Assembly (NCBI RefSeq): GCF_004010195.1
Contig: NC_057719.1
Span: forward strand, 41,640,910 to 41,689,204
Direction: 5' to 3'
DNA: 48,295 bases
Source of the DNA: Chiloscyllium plagiosum
Taxonomy: Eukaryota
Under the pieces are notes generated by a model. It was not told the DNA's origin. It made no database searches and worked only from the letters and a program-made list of their open reading frames with translations. Made by a program: the position numbers and the translations under genes. This document shows, one piece after another, positions 1 to 12,352 of the stretch (its first letter is position 1; each line of letters opens with the position of its first letter).

Positions 1-1744
1 AGTACCAGAATTATACATAATAGATATCAATTTGGACCCAAAATAGTATCTATAGATTCAGAATTATATGTGCTAGGCAACCAAATTTCATAACCACTGC
101 CAATTTAGTGCGTAAAAAACAGCTATAGCAACATTCTATTCCAACATGTCGATTGCTTTCTTCTTTTCAATTATGCCAAATAATCTCAGCATCTGTATAA
201 AGTATCTAATATTGGAATCTTCTGTTAGACTTATATAATTATTAACTAATCTGGCATGTAGATAGCCTTGGGTTCTTTTGCTATATATATTTTATCAACC
301 TGTATCTGAAAATGAAAGAAAGAGTTTCCCTCTGGATTGTAATATGTGATAAAGTCAGTTACTGACATGGAAAATGTTTCAGTTAAGAATTGAAACATGC
401 TAGCATTTTTATTTCAGCGCTTCTCCACTTCTGATATCCTTTCACCACCTCAATTATTACTGTCAGAAACTTACAACATTAGCCAAACACAGGTCAAACA
501 AGGTTTGATCTCAAGATATTTCCATAATAATCTCTATCATTTCAGTAAAAAAAGAGAGCTCTTTTATTGCAGCAATAAAAACAGCAAAGTGATCTTCTGA
601 TGGTGCTTTATTAGATTCATTTTTCTCTTATCGACTAAGCATGACGTATGAAAACCAGAATTTATGAAGCAAGAATTAATGTGAGAATCCTATGATCCCT
701 AACGCAATTGTGAAAAGTATTGGGTTGGTATTCATTATAATCTATACTTCCATCAATCTTAAGATAAAATGCAGGAAATTTGAAATTTCTTTCTGTTTTG
801 TACAAGTAACCATAATAGTCTGTGGCTGATGCAGGACTGAAACATCAGCAGTGTCTCATCTGCCTGCTGTGCTCTGAAGTTCAAACAGCTGAAACATTTT
901 ATATATTAACACATTCTAGACCATCTTGCTCTCTACTGTAAATAGCTTCATTAAATGGTTGATTGACCAAATGTTCCAAGTAACTTCTAATCTCAATTAG
1001 AATCCAGAAGAAAATCTACAGACATATTTCCTCACAATTCATTGCTTGCAGTCAAAAATGAAAAATTCAAACCACTTCATATATAATAAAGAGCCACAGA
1101 AATTTTACTTAAGTTGAGAAGGAATTTATTTTTCTCACGCAGCCTCTTGTTCAGAATATTTTCCGTAGGTTTTTGTAATTGTGTATGTCACTGATTTTCA
1201 TTAGAGCTTTTAGTTCTTTGTGCACCTGCTACATCACAAAGCAAATTTAGTTCCCTAGATCTTTCACTGATGCAACTAATGTATATTCCTAATAGACCTC
1301 AAGAAAGAATATGTGGAATGGGCTGGAATATTGTCCTGCTAACATACTTTAGGTGCTTCATTGATGCAGAACATTGCTTAAGATAAACAGACAACTTCAA
1401 AGCTCCCTTTGTTCCTGTTTTATGTTTGGATGCTGGCAACATTAGATGTAATAAATAAATAACATTGCAGCAGCACGTCTATCTTCAAACATTTAGCAAT
1501 TGTGATACATCAAGAGAGGTCTTACCATCTTTGTGCCTAGCCTTACTGATGTACTGTCATCTCAAGTTCCAAATATTGTGCAAGATACTAAAACAAAATC
1601 TACACATGAAATAAGAACTGTTTTCCAATGTTAACCTCTTTACTTCACAATTGTGCACTTTCCACTTGTACTTGCACTCCAAAATCCATAAGCTTGACTC
1701 TTCCAGTTGACCCATTGTTTTGGCGCATTTCCATTCCATGGATA

Positions 1745-1960
1745 TGAAACTTTATTGCTGGAACAGCACAGCAGGTCAGGCAGCATCCAGGGAACAGGAG
1801 ATTCGACGTTTCGGGCACAGGCCCTTCTTCAGGAATCCTGAAGAAGGGCCTGTGCCCGAAACGTCGAATCTCCTGTTCCCTGGATGCTGCCTGACCTGCT
1901 GTGCTGTTCCAGCAATAAAGTTTCAACTCTGATCTCCAGCATCTGCAGACCTCACTTTCT
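1745..1960 (+). mobile_element. Short Penelope-like (family A) terminal-repeat insertion forming a perfect 181-bp palindrome plus a 35-nt tail
   Basis: 1745-1834 is the exact reverse complement of 1836-1925 (1-nt spacer at 1835). Direct repeat CCATTCCATGGATATG at 1731-1746 and 1961-1976. Same sequence family as the 3' end (39641-39770) of the PLE RT element at 36766-39770. Confidence 0.85.
1800..1837 (-). ncRNA. Minimal type I hammerhead ribozyme motif (PLE-type)
   Basis: Minus strand reads GATTC-CTGAAGA-A-GGGC-CTGT-GCCC-GAAA-CG-TC-GAATC: full core, 4-bp stem II, 5-bp stem I (GATTC/GAATC), and palindromic ACGT in place of stem III. Confidence 0.8.
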
Positions 1961-2356
1961 CCATTCCATGGATATGTCTTGTTGATTGATTCCACTGTCT
2001 AGATTCCTTTATTCCTTGTTCTTCTCCAACTTTTATTCCAGACATTCATGATACTCTCTACTAGTTTGATATTGCCAGATACTCAAGCCTCTCCCTTCAC
2101 AATGGACATTCATCTGCAAGATTTTATATTTAGTCCATACTACACACTGGTTCATTCTCATTTGGAATGTCATGGGTAGTACAGGTCACTGCATTCCAGG
2201 AAGGACATTAAGACAGTCAGTGGTGGAACCAACAGCCTCCACTCCCCAATAGTTTTAAGCATCAATAGAAGAGCTTAAGAGGTTTAGCTCCATTGTGTAC
2301 CATGACAATTTCATCCTAAGGCTTGGATGTGATTCTATGCTGCTCCACTTCTGCAG

Positions 2357-2530
2357 GTGGATTAGCTGTCAGCATTACTCAGCCCCAGCTTGGTCAGTTT
2401 CCTTCCTGTGAAATTTCGGAACTGAGCTGTGAGAAGCCATTTAACATGACCCACCAAGAGGAGGTCGGAGATGAAGCTCAGAGAGGGCAGCTGTGTGGAC
2501 AGATCAGTTTTAACTGCTCCACAAAGTATG
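2357..2530 (+). other. Candidate internal exon (174 nt, phase 1-1), product unrecognised
   Basis: Acceptor ...CTCCACTTCTGCAG|G, donor ATG|GTAAGG, open frame (within ORF 2323..2547). No homology recognised. Confidence 0.2.
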
Positions 2531-3139
2531 GTAAGGGTTTGAAATGACCAGGAAAGCCATTGAGGCTGATAATGTCAATAAATTTGAAAAAGAAGAGGAT
2601 AGTTATTTGACAACAAAATCAATTGATTAGTAACTAATAAACAGTGTATTTAATGTGGTGCATAACAGACAGGCCAGATTCCCCCATTCCCTTTACCTCT
2701 CCAATTTTATCTCTTACAAAAATCTAACTTTTTAAAACTCCCTGTGCACCATCTCAATCACACCTTTAACTACTCCACTATCAAGCTCAGCTGGACTTAT
2801 TTATTTGCATTCTCAAAAATTTCTGTTTTTACTCTTTCTATTTTCTCCAGATAAAAAGAATCCTGCTCTGGAAGTCGATGTCCAACTGCATTCAGCTGTC
2901 AGTACATTAAATAGTACAGTTTTTATTTCAGTCTTTAAAAGATGTTCTCCCAGAAAACTTTGTCTTTGTACTCATGCTACTTCTTGCTCTCAGTCTGAAT
3001 TAGAGATGTCTTTAGTTATGCATCTAATTTCTATCCATGAAGTCTATCTTGACACTTTCTTGCTATTTGTGTGGTTTCAGCTCTGACTCTGCTAACACAT
3101 TCTTATCCAGTCTAGACACTTGGGTACCTAACTAGGCTG

Positions 3140-3435
3140 GTGACTGAGTCAGTACCAATGAATGATGTTGGAGGTACTATATCTTACAGGTAAGGCACTG
3201 AACTGACATCCTGTCTGACCTCATGGAGGGAGACCATCACACATGTGTTTCAAAAGATCTCAAGGCACAGATGACTCAACAATCTTCTTTCATGGCCAAT
3301 TGTGGGAGCTTGTTGTGCACAAATTGATTGTTGCATTTATTATGTTATGCAAGAGTGGTTTCACTTCAGAAATATTTTAATTACTGTAAAGCAATTTGGA
3401 ATTCCCTGAGGTCATTAAAGGCATTATATAAATGA
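3140..3435 (+). mobile_element. Ancient DeuSINE-like SINE
   Basis: GTGGGAGCTTGTTGTGCACAAATTGATTG resembles the Deu domain as I recall it; 3' end ...AAAGGCATTATATAAATG. Boundaries approximate. Confidence 0.6.
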
Positions 3436-3872
3436 ACTGGCTATTAATATTCATACGTTCATCAAGTTCCATGATTGCCGGATTGTTTTTCTTTTTCCCA
3501 CTTCACTTGGTTTCACCATTTCCATCACCTCTGTTCCACACTAATGTTTCTGTATTTTCTCTTCAGCAAATCTTTTCTCCGCTAGGCTCTTGTATCCACT
3601 TTTTGCTGCCATCTTCTCTTCCTCCTCAACTAATGAAAGGTTCTGTTGTGCCTTTAACATAATCTGTCAGATCTTCTTCTAAGACATTTAGGCCCTCATG
3701 GAGATAACATGCCTCGAAACAGCCACAAACACTTGCACCACTGCTTTGTGTGCTTCTTATCTGCAACTCAAACTCAGCCCTGGGCAATTCTTGGAACATG
3801 AGATCTACGTTCAAAGGGCTAACCATCTGCAAAATGGCAGGTAGATAATTTCTAACAATTAAACAATTATGT

Positions 3873-4087
3873 GGGCGGCACGCTGGCACAGTGGTTAGCA
3901 CTGCTGCCTCACAGCGCCTGAGACCCGGGTTCAATCCATGCGAAGTTGCCCGTAGTGTTAGGTAAGGGGTAAATGTAGGGGTATGGGTGGGTTGCACTTC
4001 GGCGGGTCGGTGTGGACTTGTTGGGCCGAAGGGCCTGTTTCCACACTGTAATGTAATCTAATCTGTAATGTAATCTAATCTAATCTA
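3873..4087 (+). mobile_element. HE1-type tRNA-derived SINE with internal deletion
   Basis: A box TGGCACAGTGG, B box GGTTCAATCC, CR1-like tail GGGCCGAAGGGCCTGTTTCC, (TAATC)n end. Lacks the central part present in the copy at 30828-31118. Confidence 0.85.
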
Positions 4088-4879
4088 AAGGCTGAATGTC
4101 TGAGGTGACTGGACATTCCAGTGTGGGTGTGTACACCCTCCAAAGTGGTCAACGACTAGGTCAGCTGCCTGTTGGTGGTCCAATACTGGCATATGCATTT
4201 CAAACAGCCAACCAGTGTTTTGTTCCTCAGAAATATTATCCTTCATTCAACATTTTGGTAATAAATATGAATGAAAACCTGTGTAACCAAATTTTAACTG
4301 GCTATTCATGATTCCAATTTGTAAGAAAAAGTGTTACACTTTAACATAATTGCAAGAGAACGCCTTACTATAAATGATCGCAATTTTAGGGAAAACAAGC
4401 ATAGGTATCGTGTGTTCAAGCAACATCTGTCTGAGGAGTTCAATGTATGTTTCTTATTCCCCTTAGTCCTGCCCAAAGCTCTGCTGTGTAACTCAGTATC
4501 GGATTATATTTTGGTAACCACCTCCTGCCTAAGGGAAGCCTATGCAATATCTTCAATGCATCTTGCCAAACAGATCATTGACTATTTATGCAAGCAGACA
4601 GCAAAGAATTATTGATCACTTTGTACTTTTTCATCTACCACCTGCATTTGCTGCTACATTGCTTCTGAACATAGATTTGTGTCACACTGATACCAAGATT
4701 TATTATTCCTGTGGTCAGCAGAGCAGGAGGGCAGAGAATCAATATGTACAAACCACCAGCTAGTTTTGCAGTAAATACAATAACCCATAGACCAATAAAA
4801 TGAGAAACTATTTGAATTTTATTGAATCAGCCACTTGTAAACCTACACTAGTTAATGATGTTTTCTAATTACAAAGCAC

Positions 4880-5510
4880 AAGGAACAACACAGCACAAAA
4901 ACAGGCCCTTCAGCCCTCTAAGCCTGCAGCAACATGTTTTGCCCTTTTGTTACTAAAACTGCCTTCACTTACCAGACCCGGATCACACTATTGCCTGTCT
5001 ATTCATGTATTCGTCCAGGCGGTTCTTGAATGCTGCTATTGTGACTGCTTCCACCGCCTCCTCTGGCAGCATGCTCCAGGCACTCACCGCCCTTTGTGTG
5101 AAAAATATGCCTTGCACATCTCTTTTAAACTTCCCCTCTCGCTTCTTGAACCCGTATCCTTTAGTAATGGACCCTTCCACCCTGGAAAAAAGCCTCTTAC
5201 TTTCCACTCTATCTTATCTTGCCATTCACAATCTTATAAACTTCTATCTGGCCACTCCTCAGCCTCCTGCTTTCCAGTGAAAACCAGTCAATCCAATCTT
5301 TTTTCATAGCTAAAACCCCCCATACCAGGCAACATCCTGGTAAACCTTTTCCATACCTCTCTAAAGCAACCACATCCTTCCGGTAATGTGGTGACTAGAA
5401 CTGTGTGCAATATTTCAAGTGTGGCCTAACTAAAATTCTATAAAGCTGCAGCATAACTTGTCTCTCCTTATACTCAATACCTCTTCTAATGAGGACAAAC
5501 ATGTCATAGG
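4880..5510 (-). mobile_element. CR1 LINE 3' fragment
   Basis: Minus ORF 4983..5207 has FFTQRAVSAWSMLPEEAVEA...FKNRLD, typical of the CR1 ORF2 C-terminus. Confidence 0.85.
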
Positions 5511-6497
5511 CAATAATTAGTTATTGATTTATTACATTTCTTGTGGCAAGATTTCAAAGGAATACAGGTAATCAATACTTGAAGGAGAGATGTACTACAA
5601 TTCCAATATCACTGAATTTTATACACTTCCTTAAAGTTTGGCTGAATTTTTGTACTTATTGACAATGTAAGTATTGCAGGTATGTTTAAAGCCATAAGGG
5701 AGTGACATCTAGATCCCATGTTCCTACTCATGTATCAAGACTGAAAACAGAATCATCAGGGATACAGAGCAGGGTCTTCAGCATATGAGAAAGGAAATAG
5801 TTTACAGATGTTGATGTTGCTAAACATTGGATGAACATGAACCTCCTTATCAAAGTAAACCAAATGAAAAATGTTGAAAGAAATCAGATGCAAGTCATGA
5901 ATCAATTTTATCACAAAGATGCAATTAAAACACAATAAGTTGATAAATGGGATTTTTTATGAACTACAGGAAAGAGTTGAAACATTCGTTAATATTGCAC
6001 AAAAGTGGATTGAAAAGACAAAAAGAATATCCACATAGGGATGGAAATGAAGAGGAAAGTTATTTCTATCAATAAATCAGTAAATGGAGCAAATGTCTAA
6101 GATCTGAAATTTCTGCAGTTGGCTTTCAGGACTGAACTGCAGAGTGTCGACGTTGAAGATTAAAATCATTATTCATGTTGGAATCCATGCTGAGGACCCT
6201 AGGTAATTATAACAACAGCAAAGCACTATGGATTCTAAAGTTCAGCAATAAAATCAGAGAATGTTGAGTTGGAAAGGTTGTGAACTGCCGAAGCAGAAAA
6301 CCAGTTACTGTTCCTTCAGAAAGCTTTGGGTTCTGTTGGGAAAAAAAAGCGAGTGAGTATTTTCATTTAGAGAAACCCACCCCTCAATTTGTTAAACTTG
6401 GAGCTTTAAAAAGTCTTCAGTAGTCATATCCAGGAGCCCTACTGCTGCAGTTGAGGCCAAGCAAGTGAGAAGGCACACACAGGCTGTCTGAAGCATC

Positions 6498-6630
6498 TTT
6501 CCTGATGAAGGGCTTTTGCCTGAAATGTCGATTTTCCTGCTCCTTGGATGCTGCCTGAACTGCTGTGCTTTTCCAGCACCACTCTAACCCAGAATCTGGT
6601 TTCCAGCATCTGCAGTCATTGTTTTTAACC
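6498..6630 (+). mobile_element. Short PLE family A terminal unit with hammerhead motif
   Basis: TTC-CTGATGA(6502)-A-GGGC-TTTT-GCCT-GAAATGTC followed by family A body and tail. Confidence 0.8.
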
Positions 6631-6639
6631 TTCAGAAAG

Positions 6640-7153
6640 GCAATAGCGGGGGTACAGATGAGGTTCACAAGGTTGATTCTAGTGTAGAGGGGATTGGTTT
6701 ATGAGGAAAGGCTGAATAGTCTGGGATTACATTCTTTGGAATTTAGAAGAACGGGGGAGGATCTTAAAGAAACATATAAAATTATAAAGGGAATAGATAA
6801 GATAGAAGTAGAGAGGATGCTTCCACAGGCAGATGAAACTAGGACAAGAGGGCATAGCCTCAAAATTAGGGGGAGGAGATTTAGGACTGAATTGAGAAGT
6901 AACTTCTTCACCCAGAGAATTGTGAATCTATGGAATTCCCTGCCCAGTGAAGCAGTTGATGTTTCCTCAGTAAATGCTTTTAAAGCTAAGATAGATAATG
7001 TTTTGAACAGTAAAGGAATTAAGGGTTATGGTGAATGGGTGGGTAAGTGGAGCAGAGGCCATGAAAAGATCAGCCATGGCCTTATTGAATGATGGAGCTG
7101 GCTCGAAGGGTCAGATGAACTACTTCTGCTCCTAGTTTCTGTGTCCTTATGTT
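6640..7153 (+). mobile_element. CR1 LINE 3' fragment
   Basis: ORF 6694..7092: YEERLNSLGLHSLEFRR...TRGHSLK...FFTQRIVNLWNSLP. Confidence 0.9.
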
Positions 7154-7694
7154 TACAAATCACTGTGACTTCACCCTACTGTCACTATAATTTTCTCTAG
7201 CACTACAATCCTCCGGGGTATCTGTTTTCTTCAATTTTATTCTCTTTCACACATCTAGTTTTACATCATTCTGCTGCAAGCATCCATGCCTTCAGCTGCT
7301 AACTCTGGAAATAAGGCCCCTCAGGCACTTCCCTGCCAAACCTGATCACATCTCTCTCCTTTACTAAAATACTTCTTATAAACCTACTGTTGTATGAGCA
7401 ATCTTAATCATTGCTCATCATGTTGTGTGAACTCTTTATGTTGTTGTTCACTATGAGGTAAATTTGCTGCAAAACTCCTCATCTATCAGAAGCATTCCTG
7501 GCAGTTACCATTTTCCTCAATAGTATTGCAGAGCTGCTGCTCCTCTAAGTTATGTCCTCCATCTTTTAAAGAGACGGCAGCCCCAGTGGCAACTGATGTG
7601 TTGCCTGACCCCCGGAAAAGCAGGTGAGATCAGGAGCCTAAGGAATTAGACGCAAAGAAGGTGCAAGGTAGTTGGAGAGTAGCAAATGGGGCAT

Positions 7695-7835
7695 AAAAGC
7701 AAAATACTGGGGAGCAGGAAATCTGAAAGAGTTCAGAAAATGCTGGCAACATTGAGCAGGATGGCAGCGTCCGTGGAAAGAGAAAAATAAAGTCCACCTT
7801 TTATGTTGCAAAGGGCACTTCTTCAGACTGAAGGA
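7695..7835 (-). mobile_element. Old, diverged PLE-type terminal unit related to family A
   Basis: Resembles the reverse complement of family A (TGCTGG...AGCAGG..GGCAGC) with a residual CTGAAGA on the minus strand near 7826. Similar remnants at ~27890-27940 and ~29015-29095. Confidence 0.45.
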
Positions 7836-7859
7836 AGGCAGAAATGTGAATTTGTAAAT

Positions 7860-8830
7860 GTAATGACCTCAATTAAGAAAATGTTGAAGGTCAGCACTAA
7901 CAAGCACAATTAAAGTTTTGTAAACAATATTCAGGGGAAAAAAATAGGCACTTGGAGACATTTGAGTTAAATAAGGATTCCCAATATGGATTTGCGAGAA
8001 GGAGATCATGCTTGATTATCCAATTGAATTTTTTGAAGAGGCGACAGAGATTGATGGACAGAGTGCAGTGGATGTTTCTTCTAGGATTTTTAAGAGGCCT
8101 TGAATAAAGTATCACAAAAAGGTCTGATTAACAAAACACATTCATAGATTGGAGGTCAGTATCAACTCGAATTTAAAAAATAGCTTAAAGACAGAAATAG
8201 TTATTTCAGCAGCAAAAATAGTTATTTTTCAGCCTGGAGGATGATAGACAGTCATGTTTCCCAAGGGTCAATGTTAGGATTATTGTTTCTTATATTACAT
8301 ATAAATGACTTCGATCTTGGAATACAGAATAAAATTTGGACTTGGAAGAATGACAGGCAGTCAGGATGATACTGATCACTTTGCAACAGGACAAAGTTAA
8401 GATAGCAGAATGGACTGACCAGTGGAAGATGACATTTATAATAGAGAAGTTTACTGTCATGCATTTTAGTGGAAGGAATAGGCCAAGCATTATAATTTAA
8501 TTGCACATTTCTAAATTGTGTGTAGGAGCAGAAGGACCTGGGGTTCATATGCATAGTTCTTTGACGCAGGTAGGTCATTTTATAAGAGTAGTTAGCACAG
8601 ATTTAAGGTTTCAGGCAAAAGATGCAGGGGGAATGTTGGCTTGAACTTTTTTTTAAAGCAGCAATTGGTAAGGATCTGGAACTTATTTCCCTCAGGTAGC
8701 AAAGATTATTAATGATTTCTAAAGGAAATTGGAGGGGCACTTACCAAAATAAAATTACAAAATTATGAGGACAAAGCAGGCGAAACAGCATGGCATGGGG
8801 CCAAGTGTCTTCCCGTGAGCCTTAAATGGG
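7860..8830 (+). mobile_element. Highly decayed CR1 RT region
   Basis: GTTTCCCAAGGGTCAATGTTAGGA (VPQGSVLG-like), GAAGGACCTGGGGTTC, CR1-like 3' end; many frameshifts. Confidence 0.65.
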
Positions 8831-10364
8831 CCGATGACTTCCAAGTCTGGCAAGAACAAAACTCTGCTCATTATATCATATAAAAGGTGACGGTTGCAGC
8901 AATACTTCCTCAGCACCATAATGCATTGGCAACTTGGATTAAATATAGAACTCTTGGAGTTGGCCTGCAACTCACTGATTCAGAAAGAAGACTGATCCAA
9001 CTGTGTCATATGAAAGCATCATAAGCAATATATAGCATCTTTGCTGGGTAGAATACAAAAGTAGCTGTTTTGATTTTGAGGAAAATGCCACCTTTTTAAT
9101 ACTGATTCTGTGCATCATGTACATTAGTTGAAAGTATATTAAAATAGCACACCCAAATGATCTGTAGAGTCATTAACTGTCTAAATATTTTGATAAAGTG
9201 TCATCATTGACTGTGCACAGCTGAGTAAGTGATGGAGTCAATTATTTTGTGAATGTTGCAATATACAAAGTGGAAAAAGCTGAAGCACTCAAGTGCTCCT
9301 CCCCTAGCATGACTATGAAGGAACAAAGTTAATTTTAATAGAGAGATTGCTTATGTGAAACATGACATCTGGTTAGTCAAGGAAGAAGGGTGAAGAGCCA
9401 AGAAGGGGAAAAATAGGGGAAAGGTTAGTCATTTGTCATATGGTTTTAAACAGGCACACTGAAATGGTAGTAACATTTTGGTTATGGCTCATTAATACAG
9501 TATTAAGGTAATTATGGATTTTATAGTCTAATAAAGCATATTGCTGTATCAAGTGCTTTGCATGTCACAAGATCTACGGATGCCTTTCCTGTACAAAGCT
9601 GGCATCAAAGACTGAGACTCAAGTGTTATAAATGATTACCTGTCAGGAAAATATTGACTGGGAATGCATGATAAACCTACATGAAGGAAGCATTTACAGA
9701 GTTGGAGATGTCAAATTTAGACAGTTTTGTTCATGCACACGAAAATGTGACGGATGAAGAGGTGGAGAAAGGATGAAGTGATGATGATCAATATCTAGCA
9801 TTTCTGGGACTTGCAAATCTAAATTATATTGAAACTGGGGTCAGGATGTCACAGAGTGCAATTAAAGCCAACAAATTAACCATAAACATTGAAATAAAAT
9901 TGAATACAATCTATGGCTTAGTACAACATTTTAAAGCACAAAGCATTCTACGTCATGACAAAAGTTATTCACAATATAATAATAAAAACATTGGTTTAAT
10001 GACACCAAGAAGAATATTGAAATGTGGATTATTAGGTAAATCCAATCATGATAAATTGGCGGTTTTGAAGCATCTCATCAGAGACAAGTTGAGTGAATAT
10101 TCTTATCACAAAAGGACTAAGGCATGCAACAGAGGAATCTACATTAACACATGGAAGAGAAAGCAGGAGAAGAATATATTGGCAGCACTAGGTAAAGAAG
10201 GGTGAGAGAAGGCTTTGGAATACGTGTTGTGTATTTCAGTGCTCTAAATATTATGTAGAATATGGATGTACATCTGATATTTCCAAACGCAAATTCAGAC
10301 CTCTAGGGAATTCCTGATTTTCCCATTGAGTGTTACTTCAGCTGACTAGGATCCAATCCCTCCC

Positions 10365-10535
10365 TAAACATCTCCCTCCCATTCCTTCATAAAGCTGCTC
10401 CCTAACACTAGCCACTGTGGTCAAGCTTTCCATCATCATTCCTAATATTACTGACAACTTTTGTTTTATACCACACATATTAAGTACATTGTGGCATTTT
10501 ATTGTATTAGAAGTGCTATATAAATGCAAGTTGTG
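10365..10535 (+). mobile_element. Ancient L2-like LINE/SINE 3' tail
   Basis: Ends GTGCTATATAAATGCAAGTTGT, the same tail type as the DeuSINE-like copies. Confidence 0.45.
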
Positions 10536-11711
10536 TTTGTGATTGGAAGAGATATTTCACCCCAAAGGGGAGAGTCAAAGCCATGCCAGTTACTTTTTGA
10601 GTTGTACCTCATCATCAATGATTAATTAATGCCAGATTCAGATTGCGTTCCTTTTATTTGATTAACTAGTCATTAGATGCGTGTTTTAGGTGTGAGGAAG
10701 GACTTAATAAACTGCTGACTATTCAAAAAATGTTAAGACATATTTCAGAAAATCTACATATGAAGCTGAATATAATCTAAAATTAAATCAGCTCTATTGT
10801 AGACTCAAATCACTTGCAACTTTGCCAGTAACAAGAATATTGCATTAGTCCTTGGAATACAAAACATTCCACTGATAACCTTGTGTTCATATCTCATCAT
10901 CACCAGAAAAAATGAATGAGTTGGAAAGAACTAAGCTGTAAGTTGAAGACTTTCCATAATTGTCCAACATTATTTGTTTGTGAACATTATAATGATACAC
11001 CATCTTAAGTTTGTTAAATATTAAGTTTGTTCTTTTTTTAAAACTGAATCAGGTTTAACTTTTTGTTGTCAGTCAGGATCTGGTCTCTGTTCTAAAAGTG
11101 GCCTCAGTTCAGCAGTGGTCATGTTGGAATATGAAATGAATGGAAGCTGGTCCAATAATTAGAACAAAGATAAGAGAGGATATTCTTCAGTGCATTTGCA
11201 ACAAGGTCCACAGCCGGAGGATAAACATCAGTGCCCAACAGCCATGTGGTAGCTATGGTAATCTTTCACTGTCAGATTTTAGATGTAGCCCCAGCAAATG
11301 AGAAGCTACTAAAGGAATCATTGTTCTATGGCATCGCACGGAAAACCCAGTCATGTCTTCATACAAAGAGGGGAACAATAAACTGATCAATTAAGGCAGA
11401 GACACTATTGACTGTATCAGGTGCTGTGAGGAAGTTCTTTTATGTTTTGCTCCTTTAGAGTGAAATAAAAACCATAGTATTAAACCGCATTATAAAAAGT
11501 GCTCTCTACACTACAGTGCAAACAAACCACAGCAGTCAATCTAAGAACAATTAGTTGTTGAGAGCAAACTGCTTCTTTGCTCCAGTAACTGATCCAGCCA
11601 GGATACAGTGGCACATGACCTACTATCGCTAGTTGTGTGGTAAATGTGCCATATCCATTTAATGAATTAGCTTTGGATCACCTTTGTTAATTATAAGATT
11701 GGTTGCAAATG

Positions 11712-12352
11712 TGTTATGGAGCAGGCTAAATCACTCAAAACATTCTTAAGTAGGCAGTCCAGACCATAACTTTGCAATATGTTTCGGTAAGTGTACAATG
11801 AAAATTACCTGGAGTAATTTAGCTACCAGTTTTTAAAACAGACAAAAATTTATTCATAAAATTACACAATGAACACAAAGAACAGAATAAAGAACCTCCT
11901 ACAGAACCCACTCTACCAAACTTAGACTTAATTATGCTGTTCCAGAATATACACAACAGTCCCAATAAGCAAACCTCCTTTAAAAAACAGTAAAAATGGA
12001 ACAAATGCTTACAGGTTGAAGTTCGAAGGGCCAAAGGAGAGAGAGTTTTTGCAGTTTGTTCACACAGTCCACTGCTGAACTACTAACTAGTGCTGGATTG
12101 AACTGCTCAGCTGGAGAGCTGACCACTCCCCTTTCATTATACGGGTCAATTCTAAAACATGACCACTTTGGCCTGAAGTCTCATCTGTTTACATATTAAC
12201 AAAAGGCCTCTCAAAATCCTTTTTCGTCTTTGTACCAAACTAGTCATCTCGGAGCTGGGAGCTGTTTATGACCCCTCTGAAAAAAAAATCAAGGACTCAA
12301 TATACTTGAGAAAAGGAACAGCTTTCAGAAAAAAGGGACCAGCTTTGTGACA
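11712..12352 (-). mobile_element. Solo LTR (641 bp), probably gypsy-type
   Basis: TGTTA...TGACA termini, 4-bp TSD AATG (11708-11711, 12353-12356). Orientation inferred from TTTATT near 11849. Confidence 0.75.

Noticed and set aside
1645..1995. Near-identical ORFs on both strands
   Set aside because: A by-product of the palindrome, not coding.
9846..10205. 119-aa ORF
   Set aside because: AT-rich, Lys/Asn/Ile-biased, no recognisable homology; consistent with chance.
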